DNA from: Aureliella sp.
Lineage (GTDB): Bacteria > Planctomycetota > Planctomycetia > Pirellulales > Pirellulaceae
DNA: 64,000 bases
Reading direction: 5' to 3'
NCBI GenBank assembly: GCA_963691875.1
Contig: OY829846.1
Coordinates: 3,776,001-3,840,000 of the forward strand
The notes beneath the pieces were generated by a model. It was not told the DNA's origin and did no database searches. It saw only the letters and a program-made list of their open reading frames with translations. Both the position numbers and the translations under genes were made by a program. This document shows positions 61,530 to 64,000 of the stretch, piece by piece (the stretch's first letter is position 1; every line of letters begins with the position of its first letter).

Positions 61530-61967
61530 GAACTCCGTCTTCGAGACCCAGTCCTCCACTGTCGTTAAGTGAATCTTCGCCTGCCATAAATTCACCGAAT
61601 CACCCTGAAACCTTCGAGCTGCCAGGCAAAGGAGTCCTCCTGTAACGATGGTAACGCATACAGGAACTCTTCCAGCCAATTTCTCAATTCCAATAGCGTC
61701 GATTACGCACGTTTTCTTTTCAACAACTTCCGCAACCTAGTGTTCGTTGTCTGGTCGGACTAAAGAAGTCACTGCGACCCTGCATTTTGGTTATCGCGAA
61801 CGCGAACACTATGCTGCGACGCATTTACTGCCAGACACCGCAACGAGGCGACGCAGCTATGCGTCGAATGCGATTGTCCAGTAGCTAACGCCGAGCTATG
61901 GCGACGCTTCCCAAGTCGGTTGATTATCAAAGCAGAAAGTGTTTCTTGGCAGAAAAAGGCAGATGAA

Positions 61968-62450
61968 ATGAATCCTGGCATCCTATACAACGAACCAAAG
62001 AATTACGAACCAACTGTTGTTCTCGACCAACAACTGCCTGCGAAAACAGACGCCCAGAACGAGAACGCGATCATCGATCAGTTCTTGTCGAGTCGCACGC
62101 TTGCGGACATCGAGCGTCGAGCGATCATCGCTACGATCCGTGCGTGCAACGGCAACAAAGCTGCTTCCGCTCGCAGTTTAGGCATCAGCGAAAAGAGCAT
62201 CTATAACAAGATGAAGCGTCTGCAAATCTCTAATGCAGACTTGTATGGTACTCCACCAGCGCCTCAGCAGGCAGCGCAACCGGTTCACCAACCGGCTCAT
62301 CCACAGGCACCAACTCAACAGCAACCAGTGCATGGTCAGCAGCCAATAAACGGCCAGCAACTTGGTGGGCAGCCAGTCGGCCACCAACAGCCTCAACCAC
62401 AGGTTCCGCCTCAGCAACAAGCCCCTTCGCAGTGGCGCCCTCAGCAGTAA
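61968..62450 (+). CDS. Stand-alone Fis-type HTH protein with Q/P-rich tail
   Basis: TLADIERRAI...GNKAASARSLGISEKSIYNKMK; no AAA+ or REC domain. Confidence 0.8.
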   Translation: MNPGILYNEPKNYEPTVVLDQQLPAKTDAQNENAIIDQFLSSRTLADIERRAIIATIRACNGNKAASARSLGISEKSIYNKMKRLQISNADLYGTPPAPQQAAQPVHQPAHPQAPTQQQPVHGQQPINGQQLGGQPVGHQQPQPQVPPQQQAPSQWRPQQ

Positions 62451-62534
62451 CCTCGCTCAGTCAAGTGGAGAGCTGAGAATCTTCTCGCCCTCTGCCGGGC
62501 GATAAGTTCCGAGCCAGCTGAACAGAATACAACC

Positions 62535-62574
62535 CAAGGCGTGACGATCAATCGTACTGAATCGTCACGCCTTG
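62535..62574. terminator. Perfect 14-bp hairpin between convergent genes
   Basis: CAAGGCGTGACGAT (62535-62548) / ATCGTCACGCCTTG (62561-62574); no strong U tract. Confidence 0.6.
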
Positions 62575-62649
62575 ATGCGTTTCTGAGTTATGCAATGCTC
62601 GCTTCACTAGGTAAGCATTATCGAGTGATTGTCGGAATCATTTCATTGT

Positions 62650-63960
62650 TCATCCGTCACCTCGCATCTGACCCGCACCAGTTGCCACTAGACTGAACCC
62701 AGAAATAGCAAGGAACACGACACCGGCAATAGCTTTCGTTGGTTTTCTTGCTTCCCCGAGATTGGAGAAAACCACGATTCCCAAGCCAATGGCCAAAATC
62801 CAGCAACCCACTCCGCCAGCGATGTTCAGAATAGGCATACCGGTTCCGGAACTCTCGTCAGAGCCCCTCGAACCCATGGAAGTCTTCCCGAGCGCTTGAA
62901 AGGGATTACTTGCCGACGACTTGTGAGGGGAAGCCGGTGAACTGCTTTGCACTGTGGATCTAAAAAAGAGCATGCAAATGTTCCAGATCCCGCCTGTGAG
63001 TGCGAGAGGATAAAACAGTAAAGCGGGCAGAAGGCCAAAACTAAATGCGGTTAGTGGGACAACAGCCATGATGGAAACGGTGCGACCGTAAACCAGAGTA
63101 CGGTCACGCATCATCTGAATGGCTCCGCCAAGGATGACACCTTGGTAAACTAACCCGAATATACTCGGGCCCAATATCATCATTCCGAGCACCCCAGTAA
63201 TTGGTAGGCGCTGACTGAACACCCTTGCAACGGCTCCCAAACAAATGAGGATTCCGACAACAGCCTGGATGGTCAGCAGCAGACCAGGGATAAACGCTCT
63301 GTTGCCGTGATAAACGTTGCCGGATGAACTGCTGGTTGGCGCAGGTGAGAATTGCTGGGGCGTTGCAAAGGGGTTGGAAGCCGGTCCGACTGCGTTCATG
63401 TCTGATGGCAGTCCGCCAAACAAGTCCACATCACCCCCGGTGCTCGAAGGATTGCTGCCTACTGGGTCTCCTAAAGGATCACCCAATGGTGCATCTAATG
63501 GCTGAACAAGTGGTTGTGAAGCGACTGACTCTGCGAGTGGTTCTTGAATCGGCTCGACAAGGGTCTCTACCGGCTTGGGTACCGGTGCACTGCTTGGCTT
63601 TTCTTGGACCACAACTGGCTTGCTCTTTTGTACCGGCGCGGCGGACGACTGAGAACTCTTCAGCTTGAGTACTTTTTGGCAGCTGGGGCATTTGATCGAC
63701 TTGGTCGAAGCAGTCTTCGCGAATTGCAGACGTGTACCGCAGCCTGGACATCTGATCGTGACTTTCTTGCTCGATCCTTGAGCTTGCTGGCCTGCGGGCG
63801 CGGCGGGCTGCCCCTTCTGCGTCGTGCTTGCGATGGTGCTCCGGCATCAAAGACAGTCTTGCTGACATTTAGGACAGCGAACTGCCTTTTCGAGCAGGTG
63901 AGACGGAACGTCTAGGCGAGCGCTGCAGGAACTACAATTAATTTCCACAAGTCTTTCCAC
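62650..63960 (-). pseudogene. Double Zn-ribbon, Pro-rich linker, multi-TM protein interrupted near 63847-63865
   Basis: From GTG 63960 in the frame of the 62650-63612 ORF: CSSC...VRCPKCQQDCL* (TGA 63847-63849), then CPGC...CPSC, a linker and TM helices. Confidence 0.65.
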
Positions 63961-64000
63961 GGTTTGATGCAACTGTACGGGCAACAGAGGACAAACATAA

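Noticed and set aside
63847..63849. Selenocysteine recoding of the in-frame TGA
   Set aside because: Not at a CxxC position, and the neighbouring frame better restores the Zn-ribbon consensus.
1..64000. CRISPR arrays, tRNA/rRNA, intact IS elements, prophage or defence systems
   Set aside because: No spaced repeat array, cloverleaf, or transposase/integrase/phage/defence motifs recognised by eye; covariance and HMM scans would be needed to exclude them formally.

Overview
Bacterial genomic DNA with a gene repertoire typical of Planctomycetota (DUF1553/DUF1501 pair, sulfatases, PEP-CTERM, large lipoprotein TolC); the taxonomy is inferred from gene content. About 45 CDSs are recognisable, and I saw no rRNA, tRNA, CRISPR array or intact transposase. 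Main points: (1) a divergent MurNAc/peptidoglycan salvage cluster at 27.0-34.2 kb (sodium:solute symporter, secreted beta-lactamase-fold/NamZ fusion, murQ, BadF-type kinase, second signal-less NamZ); (2) a two-gene Cys-rich locus at 49.0-49.9 kb encoding a metallothionein-like lipoprotein with a duplicated (CCxxx)n unit; (3) a Zn-metalloprotease / LarA-family / secreted AGE-family epimerase operon; (4) two MacAB-like modules, one with an EF-hand adaptor, with only one ATPase and one TolC between them; (5) at least six broken reading frames that the ORF track hides (TPR, PEP-CTERM, RseP-like, a 51.5-51.9 kb remnant, a kinase signal peptide, a Zn-ribbon membrane protein), reflecting gene decay and/or sequence errors; (6) two copies of a REP-like palindrome. 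All family calls come from recognising motifs by eye; no database search was run.
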